A stretch of 64,000 bases of DNA from Raillietiella orientalis. Taxonomy: Eukaryota. The notes beneath the pieces are model-generated. The model made no database searches. It was not told the origin of the DNA and saw only the letters and a list, made by a program, of their open reading frames with translations. Positions 51,701 to 64,000 of the stretch are shown piece by piece. A program made the position numbers and the translations under genes. The stretch's first letter is position 1, and each line of letters opens with the position of its first letter. The stretch is taken from assembly GCA_036172245.1 (NCBI GenBank), contig JAYWIR010000014.1, forward strand, positions 434,001 to 498,000, in the 5' to 3' direction.

Positions 51701-54700
51701 TTCTTTGAAAGCAACAGGGAAAAACAAATCCATCCTCTTTCCAAGAAGAGTCTGATCACCATACCCGCAACAACTCTGAGAAACACTCAGGTTCTTCCAG
51801 ACACTGCTATTCCGAAGAGATTAGCAGACTGGGCATTCCACGAAAAGAGGGAATCACCTGCTTCCAACAGTTGGATTGGATTCCTGTGTCACCAGACATA
51901 AACTGGATAAAGGAATCTTCGAGGAATCTGTAACGTCGCAGTAAGGTACTGTTTTCAGCTGTTAATCGTTTGAGTCTGCTGAGTATATTGATATGCATTA
52001 CCTCCGAATTCATGCTGCGTCCTCAAGTAGTGCATCAGAGAATCCGGAGAATTCCTGGGTAACAAGGAAACACACATGGGCGTGCTCCGACTTTTCAAAG
52101 ATTGCCCTGACTGTAGAATAGTCAAAGATTTGGCTAAAAGATCGGGAGGAGCTCTTGACTCTGTTGAGAAGCCACAGTGGGCTTTCTGAAACCAGTCGAT
52201 AAAATTGCATTGTGCAGCCCGCATGCTGCTTCTTCCTCATCCAGGGAACATTCTTGGCTGAAGAGTACATTTGATCCCACCATGTCTTCAGTGTGGCTTA
52301 GAATCTTCGAATAGATCTTTTCGCATCTTCGAAAAAGAAATTGAAGCCAACAGGTGGATGACTTCACGACCTTCCGATCTCCCTTCAGAGTGTGAAAATG
52401 GAAGTCAGTCACTCAGAATTTGAAGAACTTCAAAAGTGCTAGAAGTACTCGAACATGCTGCTTAAATGAAGCATTAACCGAAGGAGGTCTCCTCGTTAGG
52501 GGAGGCTCTCAGAAGTACTGCACATAGACTATTCATTCATTTAAGCTCCAAGTCTTGGAAATTTTCCCAGACTTTGTGGGGTTTAGCAAGCACTTGTCCT
52601 CGAGGAGGCTAGCCTGGATGGCCAACGGTGCTTCCAAAAATGAGGAAATGGGAATTGCCAGGATCATGTACTGGCCGTCATTCACTTTCCTGCTCACCAG
52701 TATCCGAAGATACATCATACACAGACACCAAAGAGAGAGGACTCTGAACGGTGAAAGGCTAAAAGATGAAAAGTTCTAAAAGGGGTAAGCAGAAATCTTG
52801 TGTGCACCCATGAACAGCCAGAAGACTTCGGAAAGATCCCAGAACTGGTCATTTGGGAGAAAGCTAGTCCCGAGCTTGTTCCAGGAAAAAGAAAGGAGGT
52901 TCACTCTTCTGTGATTCAAACAAAAAAAGGTGGAGCTTAGACCACTTGAGAGTGCTTCAGCCTGAGCACTTTTGCAATTCAGTGATCAGACCTGAGGTCT
53001 ATAGCAAAGTAACATCTTTGACCAAGATGAAAATAAAGCAAACTGTAAGTGGAAGCTGCAAGGTTCCTTCTTACCGTGTAGAATCCATGAAGATCTACTC
53101 TCGTCAGAGTGAGTTCCTGTCTGAGGAGACGAGTTGCTGCAGGAAATGGCCTTCAACTTCTGAAATTGGAAAAGTGGGAAAGAAATCCTCGACTCTGCTT
53201 CGGCTCACGCCGAAGTTTTTTCTTGCAAAAAAAAGCAAAATGAAGAGACGCCGACTTTGTAAAGATGAGGACGGGATGGAACGTATGTCGCCGTCAATCA
53301 GTGTCCGGCCGCGGCCATTGGAAGGTTAAGATGAGTAGATGAGTAAAAGAGAGATCCATCTGCCGAGGTTGCAGCTCCTCAGAGGAGTAAACAAAAGTGA
53401 GAGGAGCAAGCCTTAGAAGAACCGAACAGGACCTTCTCGAAGGACAGATAGCAGACTGAAGAATGATTTTCTAGTAATATTCTGGTAGTCCTCCCTCTCT
53501 AAAAGATTCACTCGTTTTGCTTCTTAAGAGATCGGTTGATGGATGTCTCCACCAGCCGTATCTATTGGTCAGTGGAAATACTCGATCTCTTGATGTCTGA
53601 TCATTGGCGTAGAGCCCAGTCACGCGAGAAGCCTCCCGTTTTAGATCCTCTCCAAGTAGCGCAGCACCAATCCAGCATAAGTTCTCATCTTCCATTCCCA
53701 TCCTCCGTTCTCATCTTGGAGTTCTTTCTCAAGGAAACTCTCATAGGCTTTCAGTTACGGCACGCTCAACTGCCACAAAATGAACTCGGCCTCCTTCGCT
53801 TGCAGCCTCCCACACCGCTACTCCTTCATTTCTTCGTCGCGTTGGCTTCCCAGAGGGGAAAGAAGAAACAAAGCATCTTTACACGTTCCACATAATGAGC
53901 TTTTGAAGCAGCCTTTAAAAAGATCTGGAAACGACAACGATCACGATAACCAGCGAAAGCCACGGAGCTTCGGACTCAGGAAAATGCCGATGCAATTGCT
54001 CGCTTCGAGCTCCCCATTTACTCAATCTTTCTGCATCCTCTCCCCTTTCCTGCGGAATAAAGGGAAATCAGAGATATCTCTGGAAAGGTCTGCGTGGTAG
54101 GTTCGTGGGGAGCTTCTATTAACCTGCCATCTCTCTCTGAGGATGCGTATCAGTCAGCACCCGAAGAACTGACCTTTTCAGAGAACGGGGTTAAACGTCA
54201 GAAGAAACAGTGAACTTCTCACTCCCCTCCCTTCCCATCTTCTCCATCCTCTTCGTCCCAACACGACAACAAAACGAAGGTTCCGAGGCGAGCGTTCTTC
54301 CGAAGGGAAGGCTGGAGGAGATGGATGAACGGAAGTAGGATCCTCGAGAAGGAAGAGGAAGAGGAGGAAGAGAGATACAAACTCTGGACGAGGCTTCTCA
54401 TAAAACCAGTCTTTGGTTGAGTCGACGTCTCCTTTGCAGGAAAGAAAACGCTCCTTGTGATCTCTCCCAATCCCCAGATGCCAGACTCTTTAAGAGTTTC
54501 AGGGATTTTCTCCTACCCACCTGTCTTCCTTGAGGGCTCTTATGTTTTAGGAGCAGCTTGAGTCTTGGCTGCTCTGAGGCTTCTTTCATAACCGGAAAGG
54601 GTTTGTGAAACCAAATCCTCTCTTCCTTTCCTGGATCAGAAGCTCTTCTTTGCTAGGTCTTCCCAGTACAGACTTCCAACTGGCTCTGAAATCTCAACAG

Positions 54701-54800
54701 TTACCCGCTTATGCCGAGGTTTTTCTTTCTCAAAGAAAAAGAAATTGCGACATCAGAACTACCATTCCAGAAGTCTAAGAAGGGAGCATGGAATGCCCAC
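48800..54800 (-). pseudogene. Phenuivirus-like L EVE (EVE-H); supported at ~51340-53110
   Basis: R(Y)IFMD (~53100); RKKQHAG (52237-52217, cf. KKQQHGG); VKSSSRSFSQIF (~52160); EDAA-(W)N (~52020, motif A); LRVVAGM (~51780, motif B start); GSWDD (~51680, motif C); CGI...KTT...ELMS (~51525-51465, D/E); ESGGGG (~51360, cf. EGGGS). Outer limits inferred from typical L length. Confidence 0.7.
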
Positions 54801-56449
54801 TCGCAGTTCAGCTGAAGGAAAAAAGAGTTAAAGGAAGAAGACAATGAATGAAAAAGGGTATGAGAGACAAGGATCACTGGCTAAATCCACCGCTCCGGCT
54901 GCAGCCTCCAGGAGATACCGACGGCATCCTTTTTGGTTCCTTATTTCAGATGAGGTCATTTTGTCACATTACTCACCACTGAGAAAGTGAGACGTGTGGG
55001 CTTTGTTCTTGCTGGTGCACCTCTTGCGTGCGATGAGAATTGATCATCCCCCTGACGCAGTACCGAAGTGGGCGGTCGAGGCAGCGGGTGGAAGCCCATC
55101 ACGGATGGAGCAGCTCTGCAATAATCCAGAGTGCCTTCGGGGCGAAGCAGGATACCTGCGAGGCGTTTCCGGATGCTCTGAAGGGGCTCACAGTCCAGAA
55201 GTGGGAGCGGGAACGTTTTCATCACTCTGCTCCTGGAGTAGTCCAGGGAGGCTCTCTCCCCTCGTCCAGCTGTCTCGGCGCTGGTTGAACGGGAAAACCT
55301 AGTGCATAAAGAGCAAAGCCACTTAAAGGGAAGAAGTACGGAGCTCTCCATGAACGAGGGAGGGATGACGAATTCTTAACTCGGATGTTCGGAAATTTCG
55401 CCCAGGAGAGCAGTTCTTTTCCTCTGGCACTGGTCGTCTCAGAGTTGGTTAGCTGGCCCGTGGACCACTCGCTTGGGAGTTTCGTTACTCCTCGGAGCAC
55501 GAAATTTTCCACCTTACAGATTGGCAACTGTCATTTCTGTCCCAAAGAGAGAGAGTTGAGCTCCGGAGAAGCAGATGGAGGTGCTTCAGACCAATATATT
55601 TTGGTCTTGTCTCACTTTTTTCGAGGAGACTTCTCTCAGATTACAGACAGGACGAATCAAGATGGTGTCGATGGTCCTTGTAATGCAGATCTGGGTGTCC
55701 ACTGCTTACTATGTTCACGAGTCGTAGTTTGCAAGACGGCAGCGGATCCACTGATGCTCTTTCCACAAGCCGACGATTTGCCTTAGTGGAAACCCAAATG
55801 ACTTCATCCGGCCTCTATTGACAGGTAGCAAGAACTCCATTCCCTCTCCACGAGCAGCAAACTCCAGGATGTCGCGCGAAAATAGAGGCACCAATGCCAC
55901 ACTCAATTTTCGTCCATCAAGGCAATGATTCTGAAATGGAACTGTAGTTGCATCTTTCTCAGCATTAGGATGTCGAGTTCGGCAATCCTCCGCGGGGCAA
56001 CAACGAGGTCCTCGAGGCATGCCTCCGGTCTTTAGTACTTTCTGCATGAGGCCATCCATCTTACACCTCGCCTCGTATGGCGAGATCTAAATAAAGGGGC
56101 ATCGGAGAAGGAGAGCAACGAAGGTGTTTTAAATTGAGGCCCATTCCAACGAGCAAAACTTACCGTCTTAGAGCCGGGTCAGCATCATATCAGCTTTCGG
56201 AGTTGCTGTATGATGAGTCTTGAGGGCAGTCTATAGGAGCGACCGTTTCCAGAAACACGTGCATTTCAGCAATCGGTGCGCAAAAACACGTGCATCTCAG
56301 TGGGACCTTCTTGATGGAGGGATTTCCATCTGTTGAAGAATCTGAAGGAACCAGAAGAGAATGGCCTGTCTGACAAGTTCTTTCAGTGCTCCACAGCAAA
56401 GATAGACATCTTGGTGCTGAGATGCTTGATACTAATGAGGCCCTTACCC

Positions 56450-57180
56450 GGTTACGCCGGAATATTTATTTTTTAAAAAAAAACAAAGAAATCACAAGTT
56501 AGAAGGGGAAAGAATCTACTCAGAAATAAGAAATGCCAAAAAAAAAAAGTTCATAAGGTTGACCACTGGCACGCAAGCCGACTTTTAAAAAATAGAGAAC
56601 GGAGGATGGGGACAATAAATAAATAAAAAAGACAAGAGAGTGAGGACTTTCGTGTAAGACGTTTCTTTCTTTTTAGAAGCGGCTGTGGAGGGTAGCGATC
56701 TCCCTGGCGACTTCTAGCAGATGAGGCCACTTTGCTGCTGTTCTCATCAGGGTTGCTGCCATTCTGATGGGCCCTCTTTTCTCCGAACTTGACTCCAGCT
56801 CATGGCGAGCTATCACAATAACGTGGATGCAACAGACTGTTACGATTATAGAGCCCTTCTTTAGCCCACCTCCAATGAAGAAGCGTCGCAGCAAGTTCGT
56901 AGCGGTGTCAGAGCCGTTGATGGGTTGATGGACGCCGAAGGCGAGTCTTCGCCACAAGTTCTGCAAGGCATTGCAGTCCAACAAAAGGTGCGAGAGCGAT
57001 TCCATCACTCTGAAAACCAGGTCTCTGCGCTGATTTTAGTGGAGTGTCCAGTGCAGAAATAGCAGAACATCCTGTTTCAGGAGCGGGAACACGGAAGTGT
57101 CCACTCAAAAGGAAAGGACCAAGAGTTCTTCGGAAGGCACACCCGGGAGTTCACCAGCTGGCCAAATGGGAGGTCTGATG
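56450..57180 (-). mobile_element. LINE 3' end (zf-RVT and T-rich tail)
   Basis: ESLSHLLLDCNALQNLW...KWPHL in ORF 56673..57008. A-rich on the plus strand at 56460-56670. Confidence 0.75.
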
Positions 57181-57199
57181 TGAGATCAATGGAAGGGCA

Positions 57200-58050
57200 A
57201 AAGAATTAGGTGGTTGGACCACGGGCCAGATCACGGACGCTGCCAAAAATCAGGATTGAGCCTGCAATCCGATCTTAATGGTCAGGATGCCCGAGCCAGC
57301 GTACTGGCGCGGTGCCACCAAGTCTTTCAAGCGGATACGGGACCTTGCAGTACTAATGAGGGAGGCAGGAAAGTCTTCTTCCACTCAGTGAAAGTGAGTC
57401 TTTTCTTGAAAGGCAGAGATCCACAAAACCTAGATAACTGACGTCCAATCGCGTTGATGGACTTGGACGTCATGGTTGTTATCGCAGCAGTGGACTGCGA
57501 ACTTCGGAAGGATTTCAGAATCTTTGACAAGTTTGGAGCAGGCATATGCTGTTGATTCACGTTTCTGAGTAGTCTGACTGTCTTGAAAAAGCAGAGGAAG
57601 GCTCTTGACCCGTTCCTCGATGGCGGGTTCTACTTGCTAGAGCGGATCTCGATCTGGAATTCTTTTGTGAGCTCCATCGCTCTGCCTCTTCTTTTTGTTC
57701 CTTCCCCTCGTATTGATACCAATGGACTGTTGTGGAATGCCTTGTGACCTCGAATCCTCTTAAGGACATTGTCTCCCTACTCAGCATCATCGAGTTTGAA
57801 GAATGAAGCTTCACGTTCACTTTCAAAGATTCGTTCTAGTGGAGAGTGCGCTTGGAATCAGCAATGCGATCTTCCTCTCACGATATTCTCAAGTGGCCGG
57901 TGCCGTACTGGAGTCCCTTTTGACAGGCTATCGGAAATCTATGAAGATCTTGGAGTCCTCACTGAAAAAGATTATTTTTCTTCTGTAATCCAAGGAATGA
58001 TCTCCTGATTCTCCCTGAACTTTCACTTTTTGAGGTAGCAATCCGTAGAC
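57200..58050 (+). mobile_element. LINE reverse transcriptase core fragment, opposite orientation to its flanks
   Basis: LFLKGRDPQNLDN*RPIALMDLD (~57400-57470); RKALD (~57600, KAFD-like); QQCDLPLTIF (~57860); IYEDL (~57940, YADD-like). Confidence 0.65.
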
Positions 58051-58059
58051 ACCTGGGCG

Positions 58060-59900
58060 CGCCTAACCACCAGAATCCGAAAGATCTCGTTTTAGCTCAA
58101 CGATTTGGCAGAATGTTCCCATAGAGAATCTATGAAACACCAACCGAGTGGATCCGAGCATGCGCTATACCTTTGGCCGCAGTGCTGTCTTCCCTGTAGG
58201 AATGCGGTGGCAGCTACCAACCAGCAAGGTAAGAATTCTCCTGCAGGATTGCATAGGTCAAGAGACCCCTGGGCGGGTGCCATCCGAACAGCTGGTCAAC
58301 TTAGTAAGCTCTGCATCCAGGGGAAGGGACTGTTCCAGTGGGCTGAAGCTTCGTGTGTGCCCTGAATGAACTGTCCGTTTCTCCCCTGTGTTTGGACACT
58401 TCTGTGCTCCCCCTTCAATTGACAATACCACCTATTTTCTTTGTGCACTGGGGTTCCCCTTGCAGCCTACGCCTGCACAGCATCACTAGGAGGAGAGTTT
58501 CTCCAGAGTGCGCTAGATGAAACTGCGGCGTTCTGCTCCATATGGCAGTGTCTTGCCTTAGCTCTTGTGCATCCTGAGGACGCTCTAGCTGAATTATTGC
58601 ATATGGTGTCAGAACGAAGAGGTCTCTCGTCTGCAGCCGTGAGTGCAACTCTGTGCTGATCGACGGTACCCTGACTGAGCGCTACTGACTAAAGCTGCAG
58701 CAGCTGCGACAGAAGACCATCTGCTTTTCTTTTCTCTTTATTAAGAAGGTATGCAGGTAGTCCCAACTGAAAGAGGAAGTCGCCACAGCGAACATCACCA
58801 ACTTGTAGAGGCTGCAGGAGTGGAGCAGCAAACGCTCTGTTTCCCACCCACGTTTCCTCCAAAAATTTATTTATTTGCTTGTTGCTTCCTCTCCATCATA
58901 TCTCTGAGCAATTTCTGGAAGTGACTGAGAGTGCCAGAGAGTCCTGCCAGCTAATCTTTCTTTGTTATTGTTTTTTGAGGGTTCATGCTCCATTTTGTTT
59001 TTTCCTGGATAGCGCCGGTTGATCGCTCGAGAGCTGCTCTCGAATATCTAGGCTGGGTATTGATCCGCAGCCGAACTCTCAAGGTCGATAACCAGTTCCC
59101 CCAGGATGAACCAGAATAAGGGAAGAGAGGAAGGGGGAGTCCATACGACCCACTCGGATGGAATGCGGGCCATGTAGAGGAAGCAAGAGAGAACGTCCAA
59201 AGGATCCATGTCACTTTCCTGATCCAGACATTGTTAACTCAGGCAGCCTCCTTGTCTCCTTTTTGCTTTTCTCTCCAGCTGAAGAGCTGCTAAACTGTTG
59301 GCGCCTCCACGAAGGAAGAGAATTACTTGGTCCGGATGAGGCTCTCCAAAAAGGACTCCTTTCTGAAGTGAGAAACAAGAAGCCAACATGGGAAGACGCT
59401 GCCTCCTCAGAAGACTTGCAAGTGCATGCGGAAGCACAGGAGGCCAACAGGAAATAACTTTGCGCAGCAGGGAATAGCCGAACATCCTCCACCGCTCAGG
59501 ACACTTGTCGTTTTGTGCCCAGGCACAGGAAGCTTGCTCACTCTGGCTGAGTTTCTCCAATGAAGGCTTCTGTGATGCGTGCTCCCTCTCCAACATTTCT
59601 CATGATCACTGTGGCTTTATTTTTCCTTCGATCCAGAATCGACTGAAGAAGAAAGGCTTATTGCAGAGGGAAAGCTTTGGGAGGAAGAGGTTCCAGTAGT
59701 CACCGATCCAGGAGAGGGGACAATATTGATGTTTCTCTGTTAGTGCATCGTTCAGGATGGCTTCCCTAAAGAAGAAAGCTCCTTGGTCACGAGAGTGGAG
59801 TTTTCTAGAGGCATTCCTTTCTTCCAATGTTCAGGAACCTTCATTTTCGCAGGGTCTTGAGATGGAAAGTGACCGAAGAGAATAGACGGAGATGGAGCAA
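58060..59900 (-). mobile_element. Decayed LINE ORF2 remnant (endonuclease-RT-thumb)
   Basis: SWIGDYWN (~59705, GDFN-like); PSGSYGLP (~59150, PGPDGLP-like); KKIGGI (~58430). Confidence 0.45.
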
Positions 59901-60499
59901 TCTCTTTCAGGAAGTTGGTGTCACTTCTACCGCTGAGACTGGACAAAGTAGGACATTCCTGGGCTTGGACAAAGATTCCGTCGAAAAATTCATTTGAGAG
60001 TAAGCAAGGGTTTACGGGAATGTCTTAAGTGAAGGCAGCCCAGGAAGGGATGCGGACTTCTAAGATGCGTGGGTTTTCTTTCAAGGTTCGCGCATGCTTC
60101 CTGAGAGAAGTGACGAGGTGTTTTTTCTGTGGAAGAGCAGCTGCCACGCTTTTTCTTTACGGGATGCTTTGGCGAAGAAAAAGGAGATGACGTAACACTG
60201 ACGGAAATCCCAAGGATTGACTTGAGTGACCGGAAGCCACCTTGGCCAGCCGGACTCTCGGGAGTCTTCCTTGCTGATAGAACGCATCCGCTTCCCACTG
60301 GGAGTTAGAAGCTTCCTCTTGATAGAGGGTCTCCTCTCCGTGGGAACTCAGTTTTTTTTCTTGCGTCGGGAGTCCCCACTGACTCAAAGGCTCCTACGAT
60401 CCAAAAATGAGAACAGCATCACTCGACGTTGGCTGATTCCTGTTCCCTTGGGAACAGGAATTCTTTTCTGGTCAGTCGACGTAGCGCTTTGAGCTTTCC

Positions 60500-61800
60500 G
60501 GCTGCGCCGTTAAAATTCCCTCTTCTCTTGCTCCGAAGGAGCCTACAGGCTGTCTGTCTCTCAAAGAGCCTTCCGAAAACTCTAAAGACGAAGGAGAACC
60601 AGAAAAATCTCTCTTTTCATTATATCTTCCTTCCACCTCCTCGCCTTTCTCCCTTCTTATTCCCCCTGTGCATTTGTCGGGCTTCGAGAAATTGGCGTCG
60701 CGAGCTGTTTGTTTACTGTTGTCCCTTTTGGACTTCCTCTCCAGGCACTGGAAGCCGAGCTTTTTATTACGCGTGTCCCGCGCTATAGGGAGCTCTCAGT
60801 TCCTTTCTCCTGCTGTTTCCTTCCTTGTCTTCGCTGCGTTCATTGGTAACATCTATGATCCATGCCGGGGGAATGGCTTCCGGATGGCTTCTGGATGGCC
60901 CCGCAGGTCTTCTGGGACCATCACCGAGATGCATCGTGCGCGCAGGAATCGATTCGGGTGTCATATCGATGACACAGAGGACAACTCCCGGATAGGAAGT
61001 ACCACGAGAAAGGGGATGGATGCACGGGAGCTGCACCCTGCAGCCAAACTTTCGGATCCTGCTTCATCTTCACGCTCTTTTTTCATGAAGATGGATTGAA
61101 AACGAAAGAGAAACGGATCGATCTGTAGCCAAATCTCTCCCTGGAGGTGCTTGCGGAACGACTGAAACGCAGAGGAGCCACGCGTCTTGGCCACATGGCA
61201 ACGCCGGCAAGTACAGGGCCACGGCGCCCTGAGTGCCAGAGTGTTCCAGCGTGATCCTCTACAGAACTTACTCCATCCTCGGAGATCTGCAAGATTTTGT
61301 CCGGCAGCTGCACGAAGCGAGCTATTCGCACGCCAACGAGGAAGGTCTAGGCAATCGATGAAGCGAGGGGTGTCCCGTGGGAATGCTGGCTGCCACTTCC
61401 CAGAAAAGCGCACCTCAGGCGGGCTGGATGCTGCCAGAGAAGAGAAAATAGGCTACTCCGAAGAAGCGAATGCTCTTCCGAGCAGGTTTCGGAGACCATC
61501 GTCGTCGCTCAGCTGGAAGGTCCCTATGATGCAGGACCGACCCAGAAGAAGCCGCTCGCGCATTCCACGAGCTCTTGAGGAGTTACTGCCCGGCAAGCCT
61601 CTTTGCAGGTCCCACCCACTGAGACTTGGTGATGCCCGACCTACTTGATCTCTTCTTTGCCCCCGACTACCATCACAACGAGGTAGGAAGTTTGGTCACA
61701 GAGATCGAGCCATGACAAAAGTGGGGTTTTGTAGCATCTGCCCAAGGCCTTCCCTACGATGAAGCGATTAAGGGATGTTCCTCATCTCGAAGACAACTTT
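60500..61800 (+). mobile_element. Decayed LINE APE endonuclease and start of RT
   Basis: GNIYDP (~60845, NIYAP-like); KRIDL (~61115); LGH (~61190, SDH-like); SAQGLPYD (~61740, PDGLP-like). Confidence 0.4.
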
Positions 61801-63229
61801 TTTCCCCTCTCTCTCTCTCCCTTCTTCCATCTCGTTTGCCCTCCCCAAATTGCTTTCAAGGAACACATAAGTCTCTCCTCCTAATAAGGCTTTCGTTCTA
61901 ATTAATCACCACCCTTGATCACAGATACAGCTAAAAGAAACGGAACAGCATCCTTCAACGCTTGATTGGATTCCTTAACAAGTATAAGCTTGCCGGAGGA
62001 TGCATTAGCTCTTGTTCTTGCGTTTTTTGTTTTTGTTTTTCCATCATTTTGTTTTCCGTTCCGGAAAACCAACAGCAAAGACTCCTCTCCTTCTCCGGCA
62101 TCAATCATGAAGAACAACGGTCCGACGCAAAGGAAAGAGGATCCACGAATTCCACCTCCCGTGATGATTGATTTTTTGCCTCCCGCTTCATCGGAGACTT
62201 CGGCTACTTCGGAAGGAGGGAGACGCGAGGGGAAGTCTCGCGGGAAGCGGGACTTCTCCGTGTCCCGGGGGACTCTCCAGGAGCGACCCTGGCTTGCGAA
62301 GCCAACTCGCAGGGATCTTTGCGACAAGCAGCCGGCATTCCTTTCACCTTCCCCCCCTTTCCCCCATCTCGCTCGGGGCAGGGAAGGTCCGACGGCAGTC
62401 TGCAAGGGTGCCCGCGAGTGGAAGCGCCCTCGGACGAGCGCAGCGGCAGCAGCGCCTGAAAGGTCTTCTTGCGGCTCTCCGGACGTCCAGAACGAGGAAA
62501 AAAGTCCCCTCGCCCTCTCCGTTAACGCACACGAGCTGCGACTAGCCTACACGACCCATCGTCCTTCCCGACCCGCTCTGCTTATCCGCGGTAGGGGACC
62601 GCTCTCCAGTCCCCTCCCCCTCAATTTCGGATGGGATCAATTAACTGGAGGAAGAACTAAAAAATCCCCTTCCTACCCCCCTACCCCAAGGGAAGAAATA
62701 AAAAATTCGCATCATTCGGCGCCTCTCATTACGGGAGGGCATCATCAACATTGTTCCGGAGTGCATGACAACCAAACCATCTCTAGAAAATTAAGCTCCA
62801 GAAAACTTTCTCTCGTGAACTTGCATTCTTCCTGAGGACGAAATCCATCCCTTCCATTTGCGTCACTATCAGGCTGTACAGATTTTGCTCTACGCGTGCC
62901 GTCCCCCCGTGTCTTCTAGCCTTTGCTCCTGCAGACTGCAGCCCTCCATCCCTCACGAAAGGGCCTCGAACGAAGGATTATCCGAAAGGACGTAAGGGAG
63001 AGAGAGATGGAATCAGGAACCCCAGACCGGATTCCTCCTGTCATTCCGGGAAAGCGAACGAGGAGAGGCCCGATCACTTGGTCTCAGGGGAACGAGACGG
63101 CGGAGAACCCCCAAGAGGACGACGGCAGGTACCCGCGTGGGTCAATCATGGATACTAACCTAGCTCTGATCCAGCCGCCGGAGATGTAGACACCTGACTC
63201 GTGAGGGATCGGATCGACTGCGAGCTGCA

Positions 63230-63660
63230 CCAAGAAGCGCCAAGCGCATAGTGCAGCAGATGCAGCATCCCATCTCCCTCCTGAGAGACGGGCAAGAAGG
63301 ATCTTCTGCGCCAGTTATTCCAAAGCGATGGTCTCGCCTACGCGGCGATTATGAAGCTCTTCTCTTCCTTCCGCAGTATAGTGCTACACACTCCCGCTTC
63401 TGCGAACAGCAGTGCTCTGGCCGAACCTAAACCAGAGGGATAAAACTGAAGTCACTGACACACAGCATCGTTCAAGGTACCGGAAGAGACTGCTAACCCA
63501 CCCTTCACATCTCAGCACCCAATGTCCATTTATTTTTTTATTGACATCCCCCTCCGAACTTCCGTTCCAAAGACGTAACGTCCCCACGACAGCCCTTCGA
63601 CCGGCGATATTCATCCATCCCACATATTTTTATTGTGTTTATCTATTTAAAATAAAGGTC
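63230..63660 (+). mobile_element. Probable LINE 3' end remnant
   Basis: CSRC..SHL (~63252-63275); LWPNL (~63415, matching the WPHL C-terminal motif of other LINEs here); T-rich tail ~63530-63650. Confidence 0.4.
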
Positions 63661-64000
63661 CCGACATCACCGAGTTTATAGGACCACCAGCTGTCACTGG
63701 TGAGACATGGGCACTGAGCGCGTTTCAGTCTTCACCAACGTCAGAAGATAAAAAAGGAGCTCTTAGACTTTTCGTCTGTTTAAGCCGCATCTCTTACTCT
63801 CTGCTAGAAACGAGACTATATGAAGCGACTCCAGATGAGCAATAGAGTAATCTATTTATTTATTTATTTTTTCCATCAGCATTCCTGATGACATTACGGA
63901 AAAGATAGGTCATTCTGAGAACATTTTAGGCAGTCTAAAGAGGCATACCTGAACAACTGGATCATTTTCGACCGGTTACTACGGAGCGTTTTTCTCCAAA

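Noticed and set aside
61966..62835. Longest ORF (289 aa)
   Set aside because: Non-ATG start, Pro/Ser/Arg-rich low complexity, no recognisable domain, and located among LINE debris.
1..64000. CRISPR array, rRNA or prokaryotic operon
   Set aside because: No identical regularly spaced repeats, no rRNA signatures and no intact coding density.

Overview
Eukaryotic-looking DNA of roughly 45% GC with no intact gene that I can recognise. The longest ORF is 289 aa and low-complexity. Reading through stops and frameshifts by eye, most of the window appears to be fossil endogenous negative-strand RNA virus polymerase (L) genes. I count about eight separate copies: two Haploviricotina (mononega/ophio)-like and six Bunyaviricetes-like, the latter including phasma-, orthobunya/tospo- and phenui-flavoured motif sets. 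They are interleaved with, and sometimes interrupted by, decayed L1/Tx1-type LINE fragments. Three pairs of L fossils lie head-to-tail. Each junction carries a short array of about 20-25 nt tRNA T-arm/3'-end-like units on the viral genomic (antisense-to-L) strand. This suggests reverse-transcriptase template jumping, or a dedicated viral archive locus. All viral and LINE calls rest on degenerate motifs in the right order and spacing, compared from memory with known proteins. No alignment or database search was run, and all boundaries are approximate.
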